A DNA stretch of 64,000 nt, from contig OZ244922.1 of the NCBI GenBank assembly GCA_965221905.1, forward strand, positions 2,464,001 to 2,528,000. The letters are read 5' to 3'. Position 1 is the stretch's first letter. Every line of letters begins with the position of its first letter. The DNA comes from Chloroflexota bacterium. GTDB taxonomy: Bacteria; Chloroflexota; UBA11872; VXOZ01. The position numbers were made by a program, and so were the translations under genes. The notes under the pieces were generated by a model, which did not search any database, was not told where the DNA came from, and saw nothing but the letters and a program-made list of their open reading frames with translations. Positions 35,525 to 45,204 of the stretch are shown here, one piece after another.

Positions 35525-38295
35525 GCACGGATTCCGACGCCCGTCATTCCCGCGAAAGCGGGAATCCATCTTCGGCCCCCTCGGAGTGTAACGGGCAATC
35601 CGCCGTTACCTTCTCTTACAACGGCAAGCCCGTCGAAGCCCAAGCCAACGACACCGTGGCTTCGGCGCTCTACCGTTCGGGTCAGCGCATCTTCAGCCGC
35701 AGCTTCAAGTACCATCGCCCGCGCGGCCTGCTCTGTGCGGCGGGCAGATGTCCCAACTGCATGATGAACGTGGATGGCACGCCCAACGTGCGCGCCTGTA
35801 CCCAGCCGGTGCAAGAGGGTATGCAGGTCACCCACCAGAACGCCTACCCCTCCTTAGAAACCGATTTCATGGCTGTTGCCGAACGCTTTGCGTGGGCGAT
35901 GCCGGTGGGGTTCTATTACAAGACGTTTACGCATCCGTGGATGTGGCACCTTGCCGAGCCCTTGATCCGGCGGGCGGCCGGCCTTGGCAAGATCGACCGC
36001 GACCTTAAACCGAATCCGGACCACCCGTACGAGCACGTGTTCCAGCACACCACCACCGCCGTAGTCGGCGGCGGACCGCATGGGATACAAGCCGCCCTCG
36101 ACGCTGCAGAGCAGGGCGAGAAGGTCGTCCTGATCAACGACCAGCCGGCATTGGGCGGTCACCTGCGCTATTCAGAATCCAGCAGCGACGCCTCGAATGC
36201 AGCCTCGATGCCGGATTCCTCCTCACTTGAAAATTCTGGTGAAGACCATACCGCTCTAGTCCAGCGCGTGCTGGAGAACTCCAACATCACCGTCTTTGCC
36301 AATGCCACCTGTTTCGGTCTCTACGAGGGTAGTCTCCTGGGCATTGTCCATCGGACTCCGGATTCCACCGTCCCACAACGTCTCACGCAACTACGTACCG
36401 AGCGCATCGTCGTCGCCACCGGTGCTCATGAAATCCCGCTGCTATTCGAAAACAACGATCTACCCGGCGTTATGCTGAGCAGCGGCGCCCTGCGCCTCAT
36501 CGGACTTCACAGCGTCAAGCCGGGAGAACGCGCCGTCATCGTTGGTAGCCAAGAGTCCGCAGCGCCAATTGCAGAAACCCTAGAGTCCGCAGGCATTGAG
36601 ATTGTCAGCGTCGTTTCGCCAGATCAGGTCGTCAAAGCTATCGGTCGCAAGCATGTATCGGGTCTCCAGACGACCGATCAGCGGTTGGCATGCGATCTCG
36701 TCGTCATGTGTGGCGACTGGGTGCCGGACGCAGGATTAGTCGCACAAGCCGGCGGCAACGTTGAATGGGATGAGGAACGGGCCGTATTTGTCACGAGTGG
36801 GTTGCCGGATGGTGTTTCGGCAGTAGGAGCGGTGACCGGCGAATTGCTGCCTCCTGCCTCAGGCCTTTCCCAAGGAACCGAGTCGAACGCGAAGAAGGTC
36901 TTCGTTTGCCCCTGTGAGGACGTTTCGCTCCACGACCTGCGCACGGCAATCGACGAAGGCTTCGATCACATTGAAACGCTCAAGCGCTACACGACCACCA
37001 CCATGGGCCCGTGCCAGGGCAAGATGTGCCACCAGGCGGCCATCAGTATCTGCGCCCAGCAGACCGAGCAGACCATCCAAGAGACCGGCAGAACTATCTC
37101 GCGGCCACCGACCTCTCCCGTGCCGCTCGGAGCACTGGCCGGACCCCACATGCATCCGGTCAAACGCACACCGATGCACGTCAAACACGATGAGATCGGT
37201 TGCGTCTGGATGGACATGGGCGAATGGAAACGCCCGCTCTATTACGGCACGCCGGACAGCAAAAAAGATTCGGTGGAGCAAGAATACTGGGCGGTGCGGC
37301 AGCGCGTCGGCCTGATCGACTTGAGCACCCTCGGCAAGCTCGAAATCGTCGGCCGGGATGCCGGCAAGCTCCTAGACAAGGTGTACACAAATCGCTTCTC
37401 CGATCTGCGCGTGGGACGTGCGCGCTACGGCGTAATCTGCGATGAGACAGGCATTATCCTGGACGACGGTACCGTTTCCCGTCTCGCCGCAGACCACTAC
37501 TTCATTACCACCACCACCGGCAACATCGAGTTCGTGCACGAGTGGCTGGAATGGTGGCTTGCCGGTAGCGGTTGGTGCGTGCACATCACCAACGTCACGG
37601 GCGGCATGGGCGCGGTAAACGTGGCCGGTCCCAAAGCCCGTGAGACACTCGCCAAACTGACGGAACGAGACCTCAGCAACAAACGTTTCGGCTACATGCG
37701 CTGCCGCAAAGCCGACGTGGCGGGTGTGCCGAGCCTCATGCTGCGCATCGGCTTCGTGGGCGAGACCGGCTGGGAGATTCACTTTCCGGCGGAATTCGGC
37801 GAACACGTGTGGGACTCCATCATGGAAGCCGGTAAGGAGTTCGATATTCGGCCTTTTGGTGTTGAAACGCAACGGGTGCTCCGACTCGAAAAGAAGCACG
37901 TCATCGTAAGTGTGGATACCGATGCAACCAGCAATCCAATCGAATCGGACATGGCGTGGGTCGCCAAACTCGACAAGGACGATTTCATCGGCAAGGCGGC
38001 TATCAGCCGCGCCAAAGACCGCGCCCCCCGCGAGAAGCTTGTAGGTTTCGTCATGGATGAGGACATCTTGCCGCCGGATGGCGCTGTCATTATTGCGGAC
38101 GACCGGCCGGCGGGACGCATAACCAGCGTCCGTTACTCACCGGTAAATGAGAAGGTAATCGGCCTCGCCTGGGTAGCAGCCGATCTTGCAACCGCAGGCC
38201 AAGCCATCACGATGCGCGTCGACGGGCGTCCGGTTACTGCCAGTATTGTGGATGAACCCTTCTACGATCCCGCCCAGAAACGGCTGCGCCTGTAA
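35521..38295 (+). CDS. soxA: Sarcosine-oxidase alpha-like subunit (MgdC) with 2Fe-2S and GcvT domains
   Basis: SRSFKYHRPRG, GFYYKTF, KRYTTTTMGPCQGK, DLSTLGK, GETGWEI, LRLEK, PFYDP. Confidence 0.9.
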   Translation: MSTDSDARHSRESGNPSSAPSECNGQSAVTFSYNGKPVEAQANDTVASALYRSGQRIFSRSFKYHRPRGLLCAAGRCPNCMMNVDGTPNVRACTQPVQEGMQVTHQNAYPSLETDFMAVAERFAWAMPVGFYYKTFTHPWMWHLAEPLIRRAAGLGKIDRDLKPNPDHPYEHVFQHTTTAVVGGGPHGIQAALDAAEQGEKVVLINDQPALGGHLRYSESSSDASNAASMPDSSSLENSGEDHTALVQRVLENSNITVFANATCFGLYEGSLLGIVHRTPDSTVPQRLTQLRTERIVVATGAHEIPLLFENNDLPGVMLSSGALRLIGLHSVKPGERAVIVGSQESAAPIAETLESAGIEIVSVVSPDQVVKAIGRKHVSGLQTTDQRLACDLVVMCGDWVPDAGLVAQAGGNVEWDEERAVFVTSGLPDGVSAVGAVTGELLPPASGLSQGTESNAKKVFVCPCEDVSLHDLRTAIDEGFDHIETLKRYTTTTMGPCQGKMCHQAAISICAQQTEQTIQETGRTISRPPTSPVPLGALAGPHMHPVKRTPMHVKHDEIGCVWMDMGEWKRPLYYGTPDSKKDSVEQEYWAVRQRVGLIDLSTLGKLEIVGRDAGKLLDKVYTNRFSDLRVGRARYGVICDETGIILDDGTVSRLAADHYFITTTTGNIEFVHEWLEWWLAGSGWCVHITNVTGGMGAVNVAGPKARETLAKLTERDLSNKRFGYMRCRKADVAGVPSLMLRIGFVGETGWEIHFPAEFGEHVWDSIMEAGKEFDIRPFGVETQRVLRLEKKHVIVSVDTDATSNPIESDMAWVAKLDKDDFIGKAAISRAKDRAPREKLVGFVMDEDILPPDGAVIIADDRPAGRITSVRYSPVNEKVIGLAWVAADLATAGQAITMRVDGRPVTASIVDEPFYDPAQKRLRL

Positions 38296-38297
38296 TC

Positions 38298-39122
38298 ATG
38301 ACCATGAAAGCACCGCTTAGACAGTCCCCGCTCCATAACGTTTCCCACAAACTGGGCGCAACAATAGCTGCCTTCCAGGGCTGGCAAGTCCCTACAACCT
38401 TCAGCAACGCCCAGGCGGAATTGGAGGTGCTCAAAACGGGCGTGGGACTGGCCGACGTTAGCTGGCTCGGCAAACTGGAACTGAAAGGCCCGGAGGAGGA
38501 GCTGCAAGCGTTCGCTGTACCGGAGGGAGAGGTCTGGCATCTGGCCCGGGGACACCGTCTCATTACCTGTGACCCAGGTCAAGAAGTCGCTATCTCCGAG
38601 GCAATTGCGCACCGTATCGCACAGGTCGAGGCCGCCAATGCGGGCAACGCTCTGGATTCCCACGACGAATCGTCTGGCGACAATTCAAACGTTCGCCCTG
38701 AGCCTGTCGAAGGGCCGTCCGTTCATGGTTCGACAAGCTCACCGCGAACGGACACATCAGCGGCCCCCAACTATAAGGTGACTTCGTCGAGTGTGCCATG
38801 CCTCCATCTGGCCGACGTAACCTCCGTCTACACCGGATTGCTGCTTGCCGGACCCACCAGTCGTGACGTTCTGCAGAGACTGACAGCGCCCGAAATATCC
38901 GATACCGCACTAGCAAACGGCTCTAGCATCAGCGCCAGAGTAGCGGGAATCCACACGAGAGTATTGCGACGTGACTGCGATGAACTACTCGCATTCTGGC
39001 TGCTCGTCGGCACCGAATACGCCGAGTACGCATGGGATGTGATCATGCACGCCGGACGTCAGTTCGGCATAATGCCTGTAGGCAGCGAAGCAGTACACCG
39101 CGCGCGTAGAGGTGACCCGTGA
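38298..39122 (+). CDS. soxG: Sarcosine-oxidase gamma-like/GcvT-like subunit (MgdD) with an internal REP-derived insertion
   Basis: GLADVSWLGKLELKG, LADVTS...LAGP..RDVL, AEYAWDVI. Confidence 0.75.
   Translation: MTMKAPLRQSPLHNVSHKLGATIAAFQGWQVPTTFSNAQAELEVLKTGVGLADVSWLGKLELKGPEEELQAFAVPEGEVWHLARGHRLITCDPGQEVAISEAIAHRIAQVEAANAGNALDSHDESSGDNSNVRPEPVEGPSVHGSTSSPRTDTSAAPNYKVTSSSVPCLHLADVTSVYTGLLLAGPTSRDVLQRLTAPEISDTALANGSSISARVAGIHTRVLRRDCDELLAFWLLVGTEYAEYAWDVIMHAGRQFGIMPVGSEAVHRARRGDP
38690..38751. repeat. REP doublet (CCTTCGACA family) inserted in frame in soxG
   Basis: CGTTCGCCCTGAGCCTGTCGAAGGG...GGTTCGACAAGCTCACCGCGAACGG, the same modules found inside the MITE. Confidence 0.85.
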
Positions 39123-40384
39123 TCCAGTTGTTTCGTAAAGAGCGCATGTGGCACACGCATGAGCTTAAGCGGAGCTACGACGTCGTTATCATTGGTGCCG
39201 GCGTGCACGGACTTGCCACGGCATACTACTTAGGCAAAGACCACGGAATCACAAACGTGGCGGTGCTGGAAAAGCGGTATCTCGGCGCCGGCAACTCCGG
39301 TCGCAATACTGCCATCATCCGCGCCAATTACCGCACGCCGGAAGGAGTCCCCTTCTTTGCGCGCTCGTTGGAGCTCTATGAAGACCTATCTCGCGAACTC
39401 GCATGGAATCTGCTCTTCAACCAGTGCGGCCACTTGACACTGGCCCACACCGACTCTTCGGTTGACGGCTTGCGCGTGCGGGCCGAGACCAACCAGATCA
39501 TGGGCGTGGACAGCCGCGTCATCTATCCGGAAGAAATTCAGAAGCTTGTGCCCGCTCTTGACATGAGCGATCGTCCGCGCCTTCCTGTGCTGGCCGCACT
39601 CTATCATCCGCCGGGGGGCATCATCCGCCACGACGCGGTGATTTGGGGCTACGCCCGTGCCTGCGACCGCATGGGCATTGAGGTTCACCCTTTTACGGAA
39701 GCCACAGGAATCGGCATCAACGGCTCAACTGCGCACGATTATGCGAACGCGCCACAGGGCATCAACACGCCGGACGGCAAGATAACCACCGTGGAAACTA
39801 CCAACGGTACAATTGCCACCGGCACCGTAATAAACTGCGCCGCAGGTTGGGCAACGGTAGTTTCCCGGATGGCCGGTGTCGCACTGCCGATCGTGACCCA
39901 GCCCTTACAGGCCTGCGTCACGGAGCCGCTCAAGCCGTTTCTCGACAAGGTGATCGTCTCGGCAAATCTGCACGTATACGTCAGCCAAACTGACCGGGGT
40001 GACTTTGTCATGGGCGCTGAGGTAGACCCGCTTCAGTCCTATAGCATGTTGGGCACGCTCCCCACATTGGAACAGATGGCCACCTACACCCTGGAACTCT
40101 TTCCACAATTGCATAATGTAAGCGTATTGCGGCAGTGGGCCGGTATTTGCGATATGACTCCCGACTTTTCACCAATTATTGGAACGGTAGAGGGACTTGA
40201 AGGCTATCATCTCGACGTGGGTTGGGGCACCTACGGATTCAAAGCCGGCCCCGTGGCCGGAAAGTACCTTGCGGAACTCATCGCCACCGGCGAGACGCCG
40301 AGGCTTTTAGAGCCGTTTGCGCTGTCACGATTCCGCGATGAGACCCTGGTGGGAGAAAAAGCAGCAGCAGCAGTGTCACACTAG
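39119..40384 (+). CDS. soxB: Sarcosine-oxidase beta-like FAD subunit (MgdA)
   Basis: YDVVIIGAGVHGLATAYYL, GNSGRNTAIIRANY, RHDAV, RQWAG, GWGTYGFKAGP, AAAVSH. Confidence 0.9.
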   Translation: MIQLFRKERMWHTHELKRSYDVVIIGAGVHGLATAYYLGKDHGITNVAVLEKRYLGAGNSGRNTAIIRANYRTPEGVPFFARSLELYEDLSRELAWNLLFNQCGHLTLAHTDSSVDGLRVRAETNQIMGVDSRVIYPEEIQKLVPALDMSDRPRLPVLAALYHPPGGIIRHDAVIWGYARACDRMGIEVHPFTEATGIGINGSTAHDYANAPQGINTPDGKITTVETTNGTIATGTVINCAAGWATVVSRMAGVALPIVTQPLQACVTEPLKPFLDKVIVSANLHVYVSQTDRGDFVMGAEVDPLQSYSMLGTLPTLEQMATYTLELFPQLHNVSVLRQWAGICDMTPDFSPIIGTVEGLEGYHLDVGWGTYGFKAGPVAGKYLAELIATGETPRLLEPFALSRFRDETLVGEKAAAAVSH

Positions 40385-40404
40385 CAAGAGAGGGAGGAAC
40401 ACCC

Positions 40405-41739
40405 ATGACACTCGACCAAGTAAAGTCACTGGTTGCAGAGCGCGGCATCAAGTTTTTTCTCTGTTCATACGTGGAGATGAGCGGCGCGCCCAAGGCAAAA
40501 CTGATTCCCGCAACTCACGTGGAGGACATGGCGAACGGCAGCGCCGGTTTTGCCGGTTTTGCCGCAGGCGACATGGGCCAAAGTCCGCATGATCCCGATA
40601 TGCTATGCCATCCCGACTTTGATTCGCTCCTCATCCTTCCTTGGCGGCAGGACATTGCGTGGGTTTCGGGCAACATCCACGTAAACGATGAGCCGTGGCC
40701 ATACGGCCCGCGCACGATCCTGGAGCAGCAGTTGGCGAAAGCGGAGCAGGCTGGCTATCGCATGAACGTGGGCACGGAAGCCGAGTTCATGTTGCTCAAG
40801 CAAGACGAGCATGGCGGCTATGCGCCCTGGGACGCGCTCGACACCCTCGATAAGCCTTGCTACGACGTGCGCGCGCTCTACCGGAATCTCGACATCATCA
40901 CCACCCTGGTCGGCTACATGCAGGACTTGGGCTGGGAACCATATGCATCCGACCACGAAGACGCCACCTGCCAATTCGAGCTCAACTGGCTCTATTCCGA
41001 TGGGCTTACGACCGCCGATCGGCACACGTTCTTCCGCTGGATGGTCAAGACCGTCGCCGAGGAGAACGGTCTCACCGCCACGTTCATGCCCAAGCCGTTC
41101 CAAAACCTTACCGGCAATGGCGCCCACTGCCACGTGAGCCTTTGGGACACGGCCAACACCACCAACCTGTTCTTGGACGAAGACGATGAGAACGGTCTCT
41201 CCCAGCTTGCTTATTGGTTCACGGGCGGCGTCCTGCACCACGCCCGCGCGCTCACTGCAGTGACCTGTCCCATCGTCAATAGTTACAAACGCCTGATCCG
41301 GGGTCAGCCCCGCTCCGGCGCTACCTGGGCGCCTGTTTACGGCACCTACGGCGGCTCTAACCGCACCCAGATGATCCGCATTCCCGATCCGGGACGCATT
41401 GAGAACCGCATTGTGGACGGCGCTACCAATCCCTATCTCGCATACACGGTGCTGATGGCCGCCGGCCTCGACGGTATCGCCAACCAGATGGACCCCGGTG
41501 TGCGCAACGACGACAATCTCTACGAGCTATCGGAAGAAGAACTCCGCCGCCGCGGCATCACGTTCCTGCCCACCAGCCTCCCCGAGGCGCTGGACGAACT
41601 CGACAAGGACGACGTTCTCAAGGAAGCACTGGGACGCGAGTACGCCGACTACTTCATCGCAGTCAAGCGCGACGAATGGAACCGCTACCACCTGAGCGTG
41701 AGCCAATGGGAGCTGGATAACTATATCGGGATATTCTAG
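40405..41739 (+). CDS. gmaS: GlnT-type glutamine synthetase homolog, likely gamma-glutamylmethylamide synthetase
   Basis: KAKLIP, AGFAGFA, DHEDA..QFE, TFMPKPF..LTGNG, SGATWAP, NRTQMIR; context with mgs and mgd genes. Confidence 0.83.
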   Translation: MTLDQVKSLVAERGIKFFLCSYVEMSGAPKAKLIPATHVEDMANGSAGFAGFAAGDMGQSPHDPDMLCHPDFDSLLILPWRQDIAWVSGNIHVNDEPWPYGPRTILEQQLAKAEQAGYRMNVGTEAEFMLLKQDEHGGYAPWDALDTLDKPCYDVRALYRNLDIITTLVGYMQDLGWEPYASDHEDATCQFELNWLYSDGLTTADRHTFFRWMVKTVAEENGLTATFMPKPFQNLTGNGAHCHVSLWDTANTTNLFLDEDDENGLSQLAYWFTGGVLHHARALTAVTCPIVNSYKRLIRGQPRSGATWAPVYGTYGGSNRTQMIRIPDPGRIENRIVDGATNPYLAYTVLMAAGLDGIANQMDPGVRNDDNLYELSEEELRRRGITFLPTSLPEALDELDKDDVLKEALGREYADYFIAVKRDEWNRYHLSVSQWELDNYIGIF

Positions 41740-41823
41740 TTGGCCGTTTCAAAGGGCGGGGAAAGCAGGTGTGGGCGTAGTTAGGCCGGACGCCTGGTAG
41801 AAATATAGCCCTCGATCTCCCAA

Positions 41824-41853
41824 GCCGCACTCCGACGAACGCCGGAGTGCGGC
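41824..41853 (+). terminator. Hairpin terminator after gmaS
   Basis: GCCGCACTCCG-N8-CGGAGTGCGGC followed by AATTCTT. Confidence 0.65.
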
Positions 41854-41873
41854 AATTCTTGTGCCATTATTGT

Positions 41874-41915
41874 ATGACAAGTCAATTCCAATACGGTATA
41901 CTCTAGTCAATTCCA
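41874..41915 (+). promoter_or_regulatory. sigma70 promoter with an 11-bp direct-repeat operator
   Basis: ATGACA-17 bp-TATACT; AGTCAATTCCA at 41880-41890 and 41905-41915. Confidence 0.6.
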
Positions 41916-41962
41916 GACGCCTCATTCACACGTATAGCTGTCACTGAAGATTGGAGAATAGT

Positions 41963-43123
41963 ATGGCGCAATACCTTGACGCAGAATCCGGCATTACTTT
42001 GGACAACGAGTTCGAGTGTGCCAGCGCGCGGGAGTTCAGCAGAATTGGCCCCGGTCACTATGAAGTTCAGTTGCTCATAGAGAACTACAATCCTGCGTAC
42101 CCGGTGGTATGGGAGTACATGTTCTGCTTCCGGGTGCGGTCGCAGTCAGACCAAGCGCAAACGGTGACGTTTCGCGTCATGAAGGCGCGGGGCGGCATCA
42201 GCTATTTGGACGGACCGCACTTTACCAGGCGCAACGGTAACTGGGAACTCGTGCCCCGTTCCCAGACGCAGATGAGCAATGAGTACGTCGAGGTCACGCT
42301 CGACGTGGCGCCGGGCGACGAGTTTCTGCTGGGCAACCACCCATTCCCCACGCCGGGAGAGGTGGAGTCCACAATGCACGCCACTGCCGCGGCGTTGGAC
42401 AACTTCTCGGTACGCGAATACGGGCGCACGCCGGAAGACCGTTCGCTGCTGGCGCTGGAGAGCGAACCCCGCGACCAAACCGTCATCGTCTTCACCACTA
42501 TGCAGCCGGCCGAGCCGGGCGACGTGCCCATTCTCTTCCTCGCTCATTGGCTCAGCAGTGGTTCTGCCGAATCGGAGAGATTGCTGAACGACTACCAGTT
42601 CTGCCTGCTGCCCATGACAAACCCGGACGGGGCCGCTCACGGTCATTCCGTGACGAATGCTGCCGGGGAGGTGCCGCGCTGCCACTTCGAGGATGCCGCG
42701 TTAGGCAAGCCCGCGCCCTCCGAAGCCGCCGTCATTTGGCAGTATCACGCTGAGAAGAAACCCGCTGTGTTCATCGAGTTTCACATCCACTACCTCGTGC
42801 ACGCCCCGCATAAGCTCGTAGGCATCAACGTTAACGAGCCCTCTGACGAACGGGGTGTGGTTGCGCTGCCTGCAGCCACCGTTTTATGGGGCGAATTGCT
42901 CAAGCTAAACAGCCACTGGCGGGCGCGCCTCATCGAGGCTGAAAGCGATACCTTTCGCAATAGCCTCGATTCAACCCTGGCCCGCGACTTTGGCACTTTC
43001 GGTTATGTCTATCAGATCTATGCTCCCACCGTCGAGGCTGCCTGTGCCCATGCCGTGGACGTAGTGCGCGCCACCATGCAAGGTGTGGCCGCGGCTTCTG
43101 CCCTGACACTGCGCAACGCCTGA
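41963..43123 (+). CDS. M14-type zinc carboxypeptidase-fold protein with atypical motifs
   Basis: DNEFECAS N-domain, YGRTPEDR, QPAE (in place of HxxE), LPMTNPDG, FIEFH. Confidence 0.72.
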   Translation: MAQYLDAESGITLDNEFECASAREFSRIGPGHYEVQLLIENYNPAYPVVWEYMFCFRVRSQSDQAQTVTFRVMKARGGISYLDGPHFTRRNGNWELVPRSQTQMSNEYVEVTLDVAPGDEFLLGNHPFPTPGEVESTMHATAAALDNFSVREYGRTPEDRSLLALESEPRDQTVIVFTTMQPAEPGDVPILFLAHWLSSGSAESERLLNDYQFCLLPMTNPDGAAHGHSVTNAAGEVPRCHFEDAALGKPAPSEAAVIWQYHAEKKPAVFIEFHIHYLVHAPHKLVGINVNEPSDERGVVALPAATVLWGELLKLNSHWRARLIEAESDTFRNSLDSTLARDFGTFGYVYQIYAPTVEAACAHAVDVVRATMQGVAAASALTLRNA

Positions 43124-43374
43124 TCCGGCATCATCGCTGCTGTCGCGCACGCGAGATTCTACTCTTTAGAAGATAGACAAAACGCTTTATTCGCTGTAAT
43201 CTACAGGCAGGCAGCGTGAAACATTAAAGTCAATGCGGGGGAGGCGGCAACCACGCAGCTTGTAGTTGGAATGTGCACGCCGAAATAGAGAGGAGGCCCG
43301 AACACACGCAGTTGGCCGTCATCCCTATGCGCAGTAGTGAGTGTGATACGACGGAGAAAGGACGAAAATTGACG

Positions 43375-44808
43375 ATGTATAAGAGTCATCTCACACGCAG
43401 GAGCGTCCTAGCCGGTATAGCCGGATCATTCAGCATTATGGCGGCAGCCGCGTGCGCACAAGGGGCCGCAACGCAGATGCCGGCAGAAGAGCCAAAGGCC
43501 GAGGCTGAGGAGCCTAAACTGGCCGAAAAAGCACCGGTAATGGAAACGGTCACGGTGCGCGCCGGTTGGATCTCCAATGACGCCTCGGTGATCGAGACCT
43601 TCTACGGCGATCTGCTTGTCGCCAGCTTCGAGGAGGCGCATCCGAACATCAAGGTGGACTGGGAAGGCGCGCCCGCCAGAGAACACCATGCCAAGCTCGC
43701 AACCCAGTTGGCGGCCAACGAAGCGCCGGACGTGTTCCATAGCGACGGCGTCCGCTACGCGCTCTTCCGTGACTCCGGCTACATCAATGATCTCGCGCCT
43801 TTCTTGCAGCGCGACGCCGGCACACTGCAAGGCGTAATCGGCCCCGAGTTCTTCCGCGATCCCGACGGCAGCACGTGGGGTATCTCCAGCAGCATCGGCG
43901 GCGTCGCCACGGCGTACAACACGGCGCATTTCGATAAGTTCGGTGTCAACCGGCTCCCCGAGGGCGGACTAAACTGGAACCCGACCGACGGCGGCCAATT
44001 CTTGGAGATAGCGCTAGAGCTCACCAAGCGCGGCAGCACCGAGGCGGACCCGGTCTGGGGATTCTTCAACAACAAGCAGATCACGGGCGACGTGTTGAGC
44101 TTGCTCGTGCAGAACGGCACGAATTTCCTCAGCGATGACTACCGCCGCTCGCGAATCCATGAGCCGGAGTTCATGGAAGTGGTGGAATTCCTGCACAACC
44201 TGGAATTCAAGTGGCAGGTCTCGCCCAATCCTGAAGATGTCGCGCTGTTGCGGGAGGCCATACCCGAAGGGCAAACCTACCACGCGCCCTTTGCTTTTCA
44301 GCGGACAGCCATGATGAATCTGCTCATGGGCCAGTCCGGCCGCTGGGGCGGCCCCGATCCGGAGAGCTTGCCGGTTGTGGCGGTGAAGTTCCTGAGCGGC
44401 CCCCAGAACGACAAGGTACCGAGCGGCGGGCGTGTGATGGAGCACTGGGGCAGCACGTCGAATCCTGACGAGGCATGGGACCTCATGCGCTTCTTCTTGA
44501 CCGATCTCGAGGTGAACATTGCGACGTTTACCGTGCTGAAGTCCGGCCTGCCGCCCAATACCACTTTCTGGGACGACGAACGCCTCTATGTTAAGTCCGG
44601 TCGGCCGCCGCGCGAAATCGAGGCCTACATGGCCACGCTGCGCGAGGGCAAGGGCTACTATTGGCAGGTGAATGGTGTCTGGAGTGCTTGGATTGGCGCG
44701 TACCGAACCGGCCAAAGAGCGATTTGGGCCGGCGAGGTCACGGTAGAGGAGGCTATGCAGCAAGCCAGCAAGGTGGCGCAGGCAGCACTGGACGAGTATT
44801 ACGGATAA
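43375..44808 (+). CDS. Tat lipoprotein, ABC solute-binding protein (paralog 1)
   Basis: TRRSVLAG plus AAAC; FEEAHPNIKV, APDVF, AYNT. Confidence 0.85.
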   Translation: MYKSHLTRRSVLAGIAGSFSIMAAAACAQGAATQMPAEEPKAEAEEPKLAEKAPVMETVTVRAGWISNDASVIETFYGDLLVASFEEAHPNIKVDWEGAPAREHHAKLATQLAANEAPDVFHSDGVRYALFRDSGYINDLAPFLQRDAGTLQGVIGPEFFRDPDGSTWGISSSIGGVATAYNTAHFDKFGVNRLPEGGLNWNPTDGGQFLEIALELTKRGSTEADPVWGFFNNKQITGDVLSLLVQNGTNFLSDDYRRSRIHEPEFMEVVEFLHNLEFKWQVSPNPEDVALLREAIPEGQTYHAPFAFQRTAMMNLLMGQSGRWGGPDPESLPVVAVKFLSGPQNDKVPSGGRVMEHWGSTSNPDEAWDLMRFFLTDLEVNIATFTVLKSGLPPNTTFWDDERLYVKSGRPPREIEAYMATLREGKGYYWQVNGVWSAWIGAYRTGQRAIWAGEVTVEEAMQQASKVAQAALDEYYG

Positions 44809-44858
44809 ACAGATACCGTCCCGCCGCACATTTCCACTAGGAGAGACACGAGACACTG

Positions 44859-44893
44859 AACGCGCCGCTTCTCGTAACGAGAAGCGGCGCGTT
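44859..44893. terminator. Bidirectional hairpin between convergent genes
   Basis: Perfect 17-bp inverted repeat AACGCGCCGCTTCTCGT-A-ACGAGAAGCGGCGCGTT. Confidence 0.75.
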
Positions 44894-44931
44894 TACCTTC
44901 TTCGTGGCCATCTCCGTACATGACCGCGTTT

Positions 44932-45204
44932 CTATGGAAAAAACTTGATGACCACAATGATTAATCCGGCGGCGGCAAAGACCATCCTACCCAGCCGTAG
45001 CGTCATACGTTGCTTAAGAAGCTGCAACTCTGTCTGGAGTTCTGTTTTAAGAAGCTGGATCTCTGTATGGAAATAATGCTTCGTTACCAATCCGCTTGTC
45101 GCCTCTCCCAGCACCTCTACGAGGGCAACAGCGTGTGGTTCAGTAAACCCTGCGCCTTTGAGCAATTTTGCCGCCTTGAGTGTGTCGAACGGGGATACAG
45201 CCAT
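44932..45204 (-). CDS. DUF1640/CCDC90-like coiled-coil membrane protein
   Basis: FDTLKAAKLLKGAGFTE..A, LVTK, heptad repeat, C-terminal TM. Confidence 0.8.
   Translation of the reverse strand: MAVSPFDTLKAAKLLKGAGFTEPHAVALVEVLGEATSGLVTKHYFHTEIQLLKTELQTELQLLKQRMTLRLGRMVFAAAGLIIVVIKFFP

Noticed and set aside
40405-41739. Calling this gene the housekeeping glnA
   Set aside because: The GFAGFA and SGATWAP motifs and the mgs/sox context fit the GlnT/GmaS subfamily better.
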